This document shows, one piece after another, positions 44,266 through 52,598 of a stretch of DNA of 64,000 nucleotides; the first letter of the stretch is position 1, and the number at the start of each line of letters is the position of its first letter. The translations under genes were made by a program, and so were the position numbers. Origin of the DNA: a virus; IMG/VR virus record IMGVR_UViG_3300005537_000024, positions 1 to 64,000 of that record. One strand, given 5' to 3'. Below the pieces are notes generated by a model, which was not told the origin of the DNA, searched no databases, and was given only the letters and a program-made list of their open reading frames with translations.

Positions 44266-45249
44266 ATGCCCAGCGGATTCCAGACCCAGGTCTACAACCA
44301 GCCGGCCATCGGTATCCCGGGCGACTTCGCCTCGGCGAACCCGTACTTCACGTACGACGCGGGCCCAGGAGGGCTGGTCGCCGGCCCCGGCGGCGTGACG
44401 ACCGGCCGGTTCGCGTGGGTCTACCCGCCGCTCGACCCCGACAACGCGCCGACGGTCGTCCAGAGCTTCGGCTTCGGGCCGGTCGCCGGCTTCGTCAAGC
44501 ATTCGCTGCAGGCGCTCAACTCTACGTTCCTCTCGGACGCCGGGCAGACGATCCTCCAGGGCCTCCCGGTTACGCTCCTAACCGGCGGCGACTTCATCGT
44601 CACGAACGCCGGCTCGGCGCAGGCGCTCGTCGGCCAGAAGGCTTTCGCGAACCTCCTAACCGGCGCCGTCCAGTTCGCAGCGGCGGGGTCGAACCCCGGC
44701 GGGGCGACGGACAGCGGCGGCGCGGTCGTCAACACGACGCTCACGCTCGTCGGCGGCGTGCAGGGCAACATCCTCACGGTCGCGTCGGTCAGCGCCGGCA
44801 CGATCTACCCGGGCGCGGTCCTCAACAGCAACGCGGTCGGCCAGGTCCAGCCGTACGGGACGATCAACCCCGCCACCGGCCTCGCGACGACCGGGACCGG
44901 GGGCGCCGGGACGTACGCGCTAAGCACCGGCGAGCAGAACGTCGCGGCCGGCACGACGATCGGCGGCAACTACGGGGTCTACACGGTCGGAACGGCCACG
45001 GGCACGTTCGCCGTCGGCATGTACCTCTCGGGCGGCACGACGCTCCCGACGGGCGCCGCGTCGCCGGTCCTCACGTTCCTGATCTCGGGCACGGGCGGCA
45101 ACGGCAGCACGTTCGCGACGAACTCGGGGACCGCGGCGCAGACCTCGCACGCGCTGACCGGGAACGTGGCGATCGAGACCAAGTGGTACGCGATGAACCA
45201 GGCTCTCACGAACGAGCCCGTGAAGATCACGGACCACCCGACCGGCTGA
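44266..45249 (+). CDS. Head decoration/cement protein with inserted repeat domains
   Basis: FQTQV..QPA.G.PGDFASANP; between scaffold and capsid genes. Confidence 0.8.
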   Translation: MPSGFQTQVYNQPAIGIPGDFASANPYFTYDAGPGGLVAGPGGVTTGRFAWVYPPLDPDNAPTVVQSFGFGPVAGFVKHSLQALNSTFLSDAGQTILQGLPVTLLTGGDFIVTNAGSAQALVGQKAFANLLTGAVQFAAAGSNPGGATDSGGAVVNTTLTLVGGVQGNILTVASVSAGTIYPGAVLNSNAVGQVQPYGTINPATGLATTGTGGAGTYALSTGEQNVAAGTTIGGNYGVYTVGTATGTFAVGMYLSGGTTLPTGAASPVLTFLISGTGGNGSTFATNSGTAAQTSHALTGNVAIETKWYAMNQALTNEPVKITDHPTG

Positions 45250-45299
45250 CCGTAAGCGGCAGAGGCTCACTCAGGGGAACCACGCAGGAGCGACCGACG

Positions 45300-46409
45300 A
45301 TGAACCGCCAAGAAGCTATCGCCGCCTACCAGGCGGACCGGGCGATGCTCCAGCAGAAGGGCATCATCCTCCCCGGCGTGAAGATGTACCTCCCCGACGA
45401 GTGGAAGCACGACTTCCCGCTCGCGATGGACCAGCTCGCGATGGACGCCCCGGCGGGGACGCTGTCGACGGACCCGAACTCGGCGATCCCGGCGATCCTC
45501 ACGACGACGATCGACCCGGAGGTCATCAAGGCGATCTTCTCGCCGCTCGAGTTCCCGCAGATCCTCGGCGAGCGGAAGGCCGGCGACTGGGTCGAGGACG
45601 TGCGGATGTTCCCGATCGTGGAGAGCACCGGCGAGGTCTCGTCCTACGGGGACTTCAACAATAGCGGCCGGGCCGGCGTGAACATCAACTGGCCGCAGTT
45701 CCAGTCGTACCTCTTCCAGACCATCGTCAAGTACGGCGAGCGCGAGATCGCGCGGGCGGGCTTGGCGAAGATCTCCTACGTGTCGGAGCTCGGGCTCTCG
45801 GCGGCGGACCTGCTCAACCGGTTCCAGAACCTGACCTACGCGTTCGGGGTCCTCAACCTCCAGAACTACGGGATCATCAACAACCCGTTCCTGTCAGCCT
45901 ACCTCACGCCGGCGACGAAGGCGGCGGGCGGGACGGCGTGGTTCAACGGCAACACGCCGAACGCGACCGCGAACGAGGTCTACAACGACATCATCGCGCT
46001 CGTGACCAAGCTGGTCGCGCAGACGAACGGCGCGCTGAACGTCAAGTCGCCGATGACGCTCGCCATGTCGCCGCAGTCCGAGATCGCGATGACGTTCGCG
46101 AACTCGTTCGGCGTGTACGTCTCGGCGCTGCTCGAGAAGGGCTACCCGAACATCAAGGTCAAGACGGCGCCGCAGTACGGGACGCAGTCGACCACGAACC
46201 CGCAGGGCTACTCGACGGCCGGGAACGTGATGCAGCTCATCGCCGACAAGATCCAAGGCCAGACCGTCGCCTATTGCGCCTTCAACGAGAAGCTCCGCGC
46301 GCACAAGATCGTGCCGGAGCTCTCGGCGTGGATGCAGAAGCACACGTCGGGCACGTGGGGAACGATCCTGCGGAGCCCGGTCGCCGTGACGGGGATGCTC
46401 GGCATCTGA
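45300..46409 (+). CDS. Major capsid protein (DUF2184-type)
   Basis: AMDA..NSAIP..LTT.IDP, GE.K.GDW, GEVSSYGD, EKLRAH, SGTWG; AGGAG RBS. Confidence 0.92.
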   Translation: MNRQEAIAAYQADRAMLQQKGIILPGVKMYLPDEWKHDFPLAMDQLAMDAPAGTLSTDPNSAIPAILTTTIDPEVIKAIFSPLEFPQILGERKAGDWVEDVRMFPIVESTGEVSSYGDFNNSGRAGVNINWPQFQSYLFQTIVKYGEREIARAGLAKISYVSELGLSAADLLNRFQNLTYAFGVLNLQNYGIINNPFLSAYLTPATKAAGGTAWFNGNTPNATANEVYNDIIALVTKLVAQTNGALNVKSPMTLAMSPQSEIAMTFANSFGVYVSALLEKGYPNIKVKTAPQYGTQSTTNPQGYSTAGNVMQLIADKIQGQTVAYCAFNEKLRAHKIVPELSAWMQKHTSGTWGTILRSPVAVTGMLGI

Positions 46410-46732
46410 CCCCTCTCCCCCGGCTGGGGGCGCGCGGCAGGTGCCCTGGACCGTCCCCGCCCGCGGTCATCGGTTCGGCTAGGCACCTCGTTCAAGCCGC
46501 CGGGGCGGGCCGCGCGTGAGGAGTACCTAAGCATGGTCACGAGGCACCCGAGCGGCCGACCGGTCCGCCCTTCGTCGAGGTCCCAGCGCCGCGACCCCGT
46601 CTGGCAGTGCCCGCTCGAGCAGCCGGCCACGCCGAGGCTGCGCGACCCGAAGAAGGCGGAGCTCGCGCCCGCGATCGGCTTCCACCGCTTCGACTCGACC
46701 TACGACCTCGACAGGAGCTGGGCGAAGAAGCG

Positions 46733-46918
46733 ATGAATGTTTCACGACTATGCGTGCGGTGCGGCGAGCGACCCGTCGCCGCCGGGCGCTTGACGAACCC
46801 GACGCTTTGCCGAGAATGCTGCCTCAAGTCGCGCCGGGCGGCGTCCTCCAAGGGCCGGCGAACGCGCAGGCGCATGATCGCCGCCAGGAAAGGAAGCCGA
46901 GACCATGCCGTCGCCTAA
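46733..46918 (+). CDS. Small basic Zn-finger protein
   Basis: CVRCG...LCREC followed by an Arg-rich tail. Confidence 0.45.
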   Translation: MNVSRLCVRCGERPVAAGRLTNPTLCRECCLKSRRAASSKGRRTRRRMIAARKGSRDHAVA

Positions 46919-47432
46919 ACCGTCGACCGCCCCCTCCCTCCCGAAGTCGGCGCGGACCGTCACGGTCGCCTCGAAGCTGCCGATGACGATCGAGCTCCAG
47001 CTATGCCGGCCCGAGACGAAGGCGGTCTCCGGGCGCTACGGCACGGAGAAGGAGACCGTCAACGTCAAGCACGGGAAGGTCTACTTCGTCCGCGGGACGG
47101 CGCGCCCCTCCGGGACGATCCCGAAGGGCTACCCGAAGGCCCCGGAGATGGTCGAGGGCGCGGCGCTGACGCCGAACGTGCCGGCCGACTTCTTCGAGGA
47201 GTGGCTCGCGCAGAACGCCGACACGGAGATGGTCCGCAACAACATGATCTTCGCGCACTCGAGCCTCGACCACGTCGAGGGGGTCGCGGCGGAGCACCGG
47301 TCGGAGGTCAGCGGCCTGGACCCGATCAACCCCGAGCAGGACGCGAAGGGGGACATGGTCGACCGCCGAATCCCGAAGCCGATCGACGCGAACGTCGGGG
47401 GCATCCAGACGGCGGACCGCCCGGCGGCCTAG
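46905..47432 (+). CDS. Conserved head-associated hypothetical protein
   Basis: VTVASKLP...LTPNVPADFFEEWL...SGLDPINP, position after capsid gene. Confidence 0.75.
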   Translation: MPSPKPSTAPSLPKSARTVTVASKLPMTIELQLCRPETKAVSGRYGTEKETVNVKHGKVYFVRGTARPSGTIPKGYPKAPEMVEGAALTPNVPADFFEEWLAQNADTEMVRNNMIFAHSSLDHVEGVAAEHRSEVSGLDPINPEQDAKGDMVDRRIPKPIDANVGGIQTADRPAA

Positions 47433-47433
47433 C

Positions 47434-47934
47434 ATGGGCAACGGGAGCCAGGGGTCTCCGGTCGCCTTCAACTACGCGACGTGGGTCGCGTCGTTCCCCG
47501 AGCTCGCGAACGTCAACCCCACGCAGGCCGCGATGTACTTCAGCTTCGCGACCCTCTACTTCGACAACACGGGGGGGTGGCAGTCCGCGCTCGCGCAGGC
47601 GCCGGCGCTCCTCAACCTCCTGACCGCGCACATCGCGTTCCTATTCGCCCCGCGCGACGCGCAGGGCAACCCGTCGTCGACCGGCACGGTGCCGCCCCCG
47701 GCCCTCGTCGGCCGCATCTCCTCGGCGACGCAGGGCTCGATCACGGTCCAGGCCGACTACGAGAGCAACGCCGGGAGCCCGTCGCAGGACTGGTACATGC
47801 AGTCGCGCTACGGTGCGGCTTACTGGGGGGCGACGGCGCAGTTCCGCATGGCCCACTACATGGGCGGGCAGCAGCGGGCGCGCCGGGCGGCGACGAGCGG
47901 CGTCTTCCCCGGCTGGCCGTGGTGGGGGCGATGA
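47434..47934 (+). CDS. Head-tail adaptor (DUF4054-like)
   Basis: FPEL, LNLLTAH, VGRISSATQGS, W.MQSRYGAAYW. Confidence 0.88.
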   Translation: MGNGSQGSPVAFNYATWVASFPELANVNPTQAAMYFSFATLYFDNTGGWQSALAQAPALLNLLTAHIAFLFAPRDAQGNPSSTGTVPPPALVGRISSATQGSITVQADYESNAGSPSQDWYMQSRYGAAYWGATAQFRMAHYMGGQQRARRAATSGVFPGWPWWGR

Positions 47935-48389
47935 CGATCGACGTTCACAAGGTCGTCGACGCGGCCGCCGAGCAGGAGGTGACGAAGCTCGTCGCCGTCA
48001 TGTTCCTGAACGAGGCGGGCGGCATGCCGCGCGAGGAGGCGCTCGCCAAGTTCGAGGACGGCGTGATACTTCTTGCGGACGTGGTCGAGGCGGCGCACAA
48101 GCGTCTGACCGAGATCGTTAGCCGGAGTCGAGGGAGAACCGCCGTGGACATCGACATCATCGAGCGCCGCGTGCGCGAGCTGAGCGAGTGGAAGGACCGG
48201 GTCGCGCCGATGCTCGAGGAGGCCCTCAAGCATTGGGAGGACCACGCGGACGAGCGCAGGGACAGGCTCAGGGACGCGATCGAGGCCGGGGCCGAAGCCC
48301 TCGGCGCGGGCCGGAAGGACGAACCGGCCGCCGAGGCCCGGGACGAGGGCGGGCAGAGAAGGGACTCGGCGAGCGGCCGGTTCACTTGA
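47931..48389 (+). CDS. Hypothetical protein, possibly two genes (internal GTG near 48144)
   Basis: ATGA-coupled helical ORF. Confidence 0.45.
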   Translation: MTIDVHKVVDAAAEQEVTKLVAVMFLNEAGGMPREEALAKFEDGVILLADVVEAAHKRLTEIVSRSRGRTAVDIDIIERRVRELSEWKDRVAPMLEEALKHWEDHADERRDRLRDAIEAGAEALGAGRKDEPAAEARDEGGQRRDSASGRFT

Positions 48390-48724
48390 CCGAGCGGACG
48401 CGGGGGACGCTTCGCGGGATAGCAGCGGGGATCGACGCGGTCCTCGCCCAACTCGTTACGATGGAGAAGACGATGGTAACCCAAGCACAAGCCGACGCCG
48501 ACCTCGCGGCCGCCGTGACGGCGCTGACGACGGCGATCACCGCCGAGACGGCCAACGTGACCGCGGCGCTCGCCGCGCTCAAGGACGCGAGCGCGGCCAA
48601 CGACTCGGCGGCGGTCGAGGCCGCGGCGCAGTCGATCACCGCCTCGGTCACGGCGCTCAACAACGCGAACGCCGCGATCACGGCCGCGCTCCCGCCGGCC
48701 CCGCCGCCCCCCGCCGGGGGCTGA
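48386..48724 (+). CDS. Ala/Thr-rich coiled-coil protein
   Basis: Heptad-like LAAAVTALTTAI...; start uncertain (48386, 48461 or 48473). Confidence 0.6.
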   Translation: MTERTRGTLRGIAAGIDAVLAQLVTMEKTMVTQAQADADLAAAVTALTTAITAETANVTAALAALKDASAANDSAAVEAAAQSITASVTALNNANAAITAALPPAPPPPAGG

Positions 48725-48725
48725 G

Positions 48726-48920
48726 ATGGCCGAGGAGGCGGAGGCCGCCACGCCGGAGGAGCAGGAGCGCGCGCGCATGCTCGCGCGGCTCGAGGAGCTC
48801 GGACCCGAGCAGGTGCGCAGCATGATGGCGCACGACGGCTTCCCGAGCACCTGGCGGCTCGGCGTGCACGAGTGGCTCGCCGGCAAGGATCGGAAGGCCG
48901 CCAAGCCGAAGGCGGGCTGA
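48726..48920 (+). CDS. Hypothetical protein
   Basis: 64 aa, operonic. Confidence 0.55.
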   Translation: MAEEAEAATPEEQERARMLARLEELGPEQVRSMMAHDGFPSTWRLGVHEWLAGKDRKAAKPKAG

Positions 48921-48921
48921 C

Positions 48922-49368
48922 GTGGCGACGATCAGCGGCGGCAAGGTCTTCGAGGCGAAGATCCGCGAGCTCGCCGCCAGGGTGTCGCGTCCGGCGCTCC
49001 TGCGGGTCGGTTTCCTCGAGAACGCCCGCTACCCGGACGGCAAGCCGGTCGCGATGATCGCGGCGATCCACAACTGGGGCGCCCCGTCGCGCGGAATCCC
49101 GCCGCGGCCGTTCTTCTCGAACATGATCAAGGACAAGCAGGGGGAGTGGCCTGCGGCGATCGCCGGGCTCCTCCGCGACAACGACTGGGACGCGGAGCGG
49201 GCGCTCGACATCGCCGGCGCGGAGATCGCCGGGCAGCTCCGGCAGGCGATCACCGACTTCTATGGGGTGCCGCTCAAACCTGCTACGATCGCCCGGAAGG
49301 GATTCGACAAGCAGCTGATCGACACCGCCCACATGCTCCAGAGCGTCGACCACGAGGTGCGAACGTGA
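48922..49368 (+). CDS. Neck/tail-completion protein
   Basis: RVGFLE..YPDG..VA.IA..HNWG..IPPRPF, TIARKG.DK.LIDT. Confidence 0.85.
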   Translation: MATISGGKVFEAKIRELAARVSRPALLRVGFLENARYPDGKPVAMIAAIHNWGAPSRGIPPRPFFSNMIKDKQGEWPAAIAGLLRDNDWDAERALDIAGAEIAGQLRQAITDFYGVPLKPATIARKGFDKQLIDTAHMLQSVDHEVRT

Positions 49369-49832
49369 CCAGCGGAGTCGTCTATCGAATCGCGGTCCGA
49401 GGTGCTGAGGTCAGGTATTACATCGGGCAGGCGGTCGACTTCGCCAAAAGGAAAAAGAGGCACCTTAACGCTCTTAGAGGCGGCTATCATCGAAACGTCG
49501 TTCTTCAGAGGCTATTCGACAAGTACGGCGAGGACGCCTTTGCGTTCGAGGTTCTACTAGTCTGTTCCCGTAAGATGCTTAGCTTCTACGAGCAGATCAT
49601 CTTGGACAGCTACGGGGACAAGGCCGTGAACATCCGCAAGCTTTGTGTAGATAGCCAATTGGGCATAAAGCTCTCTCCGGAGTGTCGCGCGAAACTGTCG
49701 TCCCAGCGTATCGGAACTAAGCGATCTCTCGGCTATCGACATACTTTAGAAACCAAGGCTCACCTTGCGCAAAGGATGCGTGCTATTAGAGCCGAGAGAT
49801 TCTGGAACCACAAAGGCGAGGTGAAAACATGA
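49365..49832 (+). CDS. GIY-YIG homing endonuclease with NUMOD3-like repeats
   Basis: SGVVYRI...YYIGQA..R..H; HTLETKAHL; markedly lower GC. Confidence 0.85.
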   Translation: MTSGVVYRIAVRGAEVRYYIGQAVDFAKRKKRHLNALRGGYHRNVVLQRLFDKYGEDAFAFEVLLVCSRKMLSFYEQIILDSYGDKAVNIRKLCVDSQLGIKLSPECRAKLSSQRIGTKRSLGYRHTLETKAHLAQRMRAIRAERFWNHKGEVKT

Positions 49833-50473
49833 TCGAGGCTATCAAGAAGCTCATCCCGTCCGCCGCCGCGGCGCTGCTCGCCGGGACGATCGTCGCCCTC
49901 GCCGCCAACACGACCTTCTTCACGTCGATCGGCGACCAGGTTTTCCCGTTCACGGCGCCGACGACGAACCCGGCGGCCCCCGGCCTGATCGACAACATGA
50001 CGATCGGCGCGACGACGCCGGCCGCGGTCAACGCGACGACGCTATCCGCATCCGGCGCGGTCACGGGCACCGGCTTCACGAACCGCCTGGCGGCGCCGGG
50101 GCCGATCGGGAACACGACGCCGAGCACGGGCGCGTTCACGAGCCTGACGGCGAGCGGGCAGATCACGTCGACGGCGGGGCTCCCGACGATCGCGAGCGGC
50201 GCCTGCGGGGCGACGTCGAACGGCGCGGTCGTGGCGGGAAGCACGAACCAGTCGGGCAACATCACGATCGGCGCGGCGGCGACGACGACGTGCACGGTGT
50301 CGTTCTCGGCGACGCTCGCGTCGGCGCCTAAGTCGTGCCAGATCGAGCCGACGAACGCGGCGGCCGCCGCGCAGGGGACGACGGTCGCCTACGTGTCGTC
50401 GGTGACGACGGCGGGGTTCGTCATCACCGGGACGGCGCTCGCGAACGCGAACTACGGCTTCTTGTGCCTCTGA
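49829..50473 (+). CDS. Signal-peptide fibre-like protein
   Basis: KK-hydrophobic-ALA|A; IDNMTIGATTP and IGNTTPSTGAFTSL fibre repeats; 4 Cys. Confidence 0.75.
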   Translation: MIEAIKKLIPSAAAALLAGTIVALAANTTFFTSIGDQVFPFTAPTTNPAAPGLIDNMTIGATTPAAVNATTLSASGAVTGTGFTNRLAAPGPIGNTTPSTGAFTSLTASGQITSTAGLPTIASGACGATSNGAVVAGSTNQSGNITIGAAATTTCTVSFSATLASAPKSCQIEPTNAAAAAQGTTVAYVSSVTTAGFVITGTALANANYGFLCL

Positions 50474-50477
50474 CGCC

Positions 50478-51083
50478 GTGGACCTAAACGCGGTCGCAGG
50501 CCCCGTCATCGGGGCGGTCCTCCCGCCCATGCAGGTCACCGTGCAGGTTAGCGCGGGGCAGGTCCCGAACGCCGCCGGCGACGGCGGCGAGGTCCCGGCC
50601 TACGAGACGCCGGGCGCGGTATCCGCGGCCACGATCGCCGGGAACGTCCTCACGGTCTCCGGGTCGGTCACGGCCGGGGTCCTCGCGGCAGGTCAGACGA
50701 TCGCCGGACCCGGGGTCGCGCCGGGCACGCTGATCACCGACCAGCTCTCCGGGCCTCCCGGGGGCGCCGGGACGTACAGCCTCAACAACCAGCAGACGGT
50801 CACGCCGGCGGTGGCGATGACGACCTCGCTCGTGCTCAACGGCAGCGTCCAGCCGATGACGTGGCGGGACCTCCAGCAGCTCGACGGCGTCAACGTCGAG
50901 GGCGCGCGCTGGAAGATCTACCTCGAGGGCCAGGTCGACGGCGTGGTCCGGCCGGAGAAGAAGGGCGGGGACCTCGTCGTGATCTCGAGCGGGCCGCACG
51001 CGGGGACGTGGCTCGTCGGGCAGGTCCTCGAGCAGTTCCCGAACTGGGTGTGCGCGGCTATAGTCCTCCAGAATCAATTCTGA
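50478..51083 (+). CDS. Head-closure protein with inserted repeat domain
   Basis: QPMTWRDLQQLDG...VVRPEKKGGDLV...WLV..VLEQFP.W. Confidence 0.8.
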   Translation: MDLNAVAGPVIGAVLPPMQVTVQVSAGQVPNAAGDGGEVPAYETPGAVSAATIAGNVLTVSGSVTAGVLAAGQTIAGPGVAPGTLITDQLSGPPGGAGTYSLNNQQTVTPAVAMTTSLVLNGSVQPMTWRDLQQLDGVNVEGARWKIYLEGQVDGVVRPEKKGGDLVVISSGPHAGTWLVGQVLEQFPNWVCAAIVLQNQF

Positions 51084-51093
51084 GGGCCGAGCC

Positions 51094-51306
51094 ATGACCG
51101 GTGAACGGGTCGTCCGGATGTTCGACTACGAGCGCAAGTCGCGCGAGCCCGACGCCCAGGGGGAGGCGCGCGACCCGGCCGACGCGAAGGTCATCGCCTT
51201 CCCGAGGAGGGACGTCGAGCCCCCGTGCGACGTCGAGCTCGGCGCGGCGCTCCTGCTCTGCCCACTCGCCGTCGTCCTCGCGCTCTGCGGGGTCGCCCTC
51301 GCATGA
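51094..51306 (+). CDS. Hypothetical protein
   Basis: 70 aa, C-terminal hydrophobic. Confidence 0.4.
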   Translation: MTGERVVRMFDYERKSREPDAQGEARDPADAKVIAFPRRDVEPPCDVELGAALLLCPLAVVLALCGVALA

Positions 51307-52529
51307 CCGTGGCGACGTACGCCCAGACCTTCGGCGACGGGTCGAGCACGAACTTCACGATCAACCACGGCCTCGGCACGCTCGACGTCCTAGTCGAGGT
51401 CTACGTCGTGGCGACCGGGGTGATCGTCCAGCTCTACACGGCGACGATCGTCAACCCCGACTCGGTGACGCTGGCGTTCCAGAGCGCGCCGGCGAGCAAC
51501 AGCCTCCGCGTCGTCGTCGCCGGGTCGACGCCCACGTCCATGTTTGGGCTGGGAGCAATTTCGGGGATCTCCCCGACGCAGTCGAACGTGCAGGCGGCGC
51601 TGAAGTCTTTCATCAACGCGGCGCTCCCGCAGTTCGGCGCCGACGGCAACCCGATCTCCGTGATCGCGGCCGTCCAGAACCGGGTCCCGCAGCCCTCGGG
51701 GACCGACTTCGTCGTCATGAGCCCGTCGCGGATCGACCGGCTCTCGACCAACGTCGACTCGTACGCCGACGTGAAGATCACGGGCTCGATCGCCCCGGCG
51801 GTCGCGACGTTCACGGCGGCGATCGCCGCGCCGACGAGCCCGGGTCCCTCCGTGATGACGGCGAGCGCGGTGACCGGGACGATCGCGCCCGGGTCGGCGC
51901 TCACGGGCGCAGGGATCGAGGCGGGGACGACGATCATCGCGCAGCTCACGGGCACGCCCGGGGGCGCCGGGACCTACTCCGTGACCCCGCCGCAGGGCGC
52001 CCCGTCGACGAGCGCGACGGCCGCCTACGGCCTCCTGACGGCCACGGCGGTCCCGATCGGCGCGATCTCCGCCGGGGAGGGCCTCTCCGGGGCCAACGTC
52101 GCGCCCGGGACGACCGTGACGGGGATCCAGGCCGGGGCCGGGGGGCCGGGGACCTACTACGTCGCGCCGAGCCAGACGGCCGCGGCGGGGACGATCACGG
52201 GCGGCCAGAAGACGATCACGCAGAGCGCGGAGGTCACCGTCCAGCTCGACTTCCACTCGGCGGGCAACCAGGCGTCGGACTACGCGCAGACGGTCTCGAC
52301 GCTCCTGCGCGACGAGTTCGGGACGAGCTACTTCTCGCAGCTCCCGACGCCGCTCAACGGCGTGTCGCCGCTCCACGCGGACGACCCCAAGCACGCGCCG
52401 TTCACGAACGAGGCGCAGCAGGTCGAGTGGCGGTGGGTCCTCGACGCGTGCCTCCAGATCTACCAGTCGATCGTCGTGCCGCAGGACTTCGCGGACTCCG
52501 TGGCGCTCTCGCTCGTCCGCATCGCATAG
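51303..52529 (+). CDS. Tail terminator / neck protein with extra domains
   Basis: QNRVP.P, RLSTN, VQLDF..A.TVSTLLRD, SPLHADDP..EQQ.E.RW core; GDGSSTNFTINHGLG N-domain; two repeat inserts. Confidence 0.78.
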   Translation: MTVATYAQTFGDGSSTNFTINHGLGTLDVLVEVYVVATGVIVQLYTATIVNPDSVTLAFQSAPASNSLRVVVAGSTPTSMFGLGAISGISPTQSNVQAALKSFINAALPQFGADGNPISVIAAVQNRVPQPSGTDFVVMSPSRIDRLSTNVDSYADVKITGSIAPAVATFTAAIAAPTSPGPSVMTASAVTGTIAPGSALTGAGIEAGTTIIAQLTGTPGGAGTYSVTPPQGAPSTSATAAYGLLTATAVPIGAISAGEGLSGANVAPGTTVTGIQAGAGGPGTYYVAPSQTAAAGTITGGQKTITQSAEVTVQLDFHSAGNQASDYAQTVSTLLRDEFGTSYFSQLPTPLNGVSPLHADDPKHAPFTNEAQQVEWRWVLDACLQIYQSIVVPQDFADSVALSLVRIA

Positions 52530-52598
52530 TGTCAACCCCGCTGGTTCGTGCTATCCAACCAGCCGGTGCGCTCCGACTCGGACCGAGGGGAAGCCTGA

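Noticed and set aside
46410-46520. Rho-independent terminator after the capsid gene
   Set aside because: GC-rich inverted repeats are present but there is no U-tract
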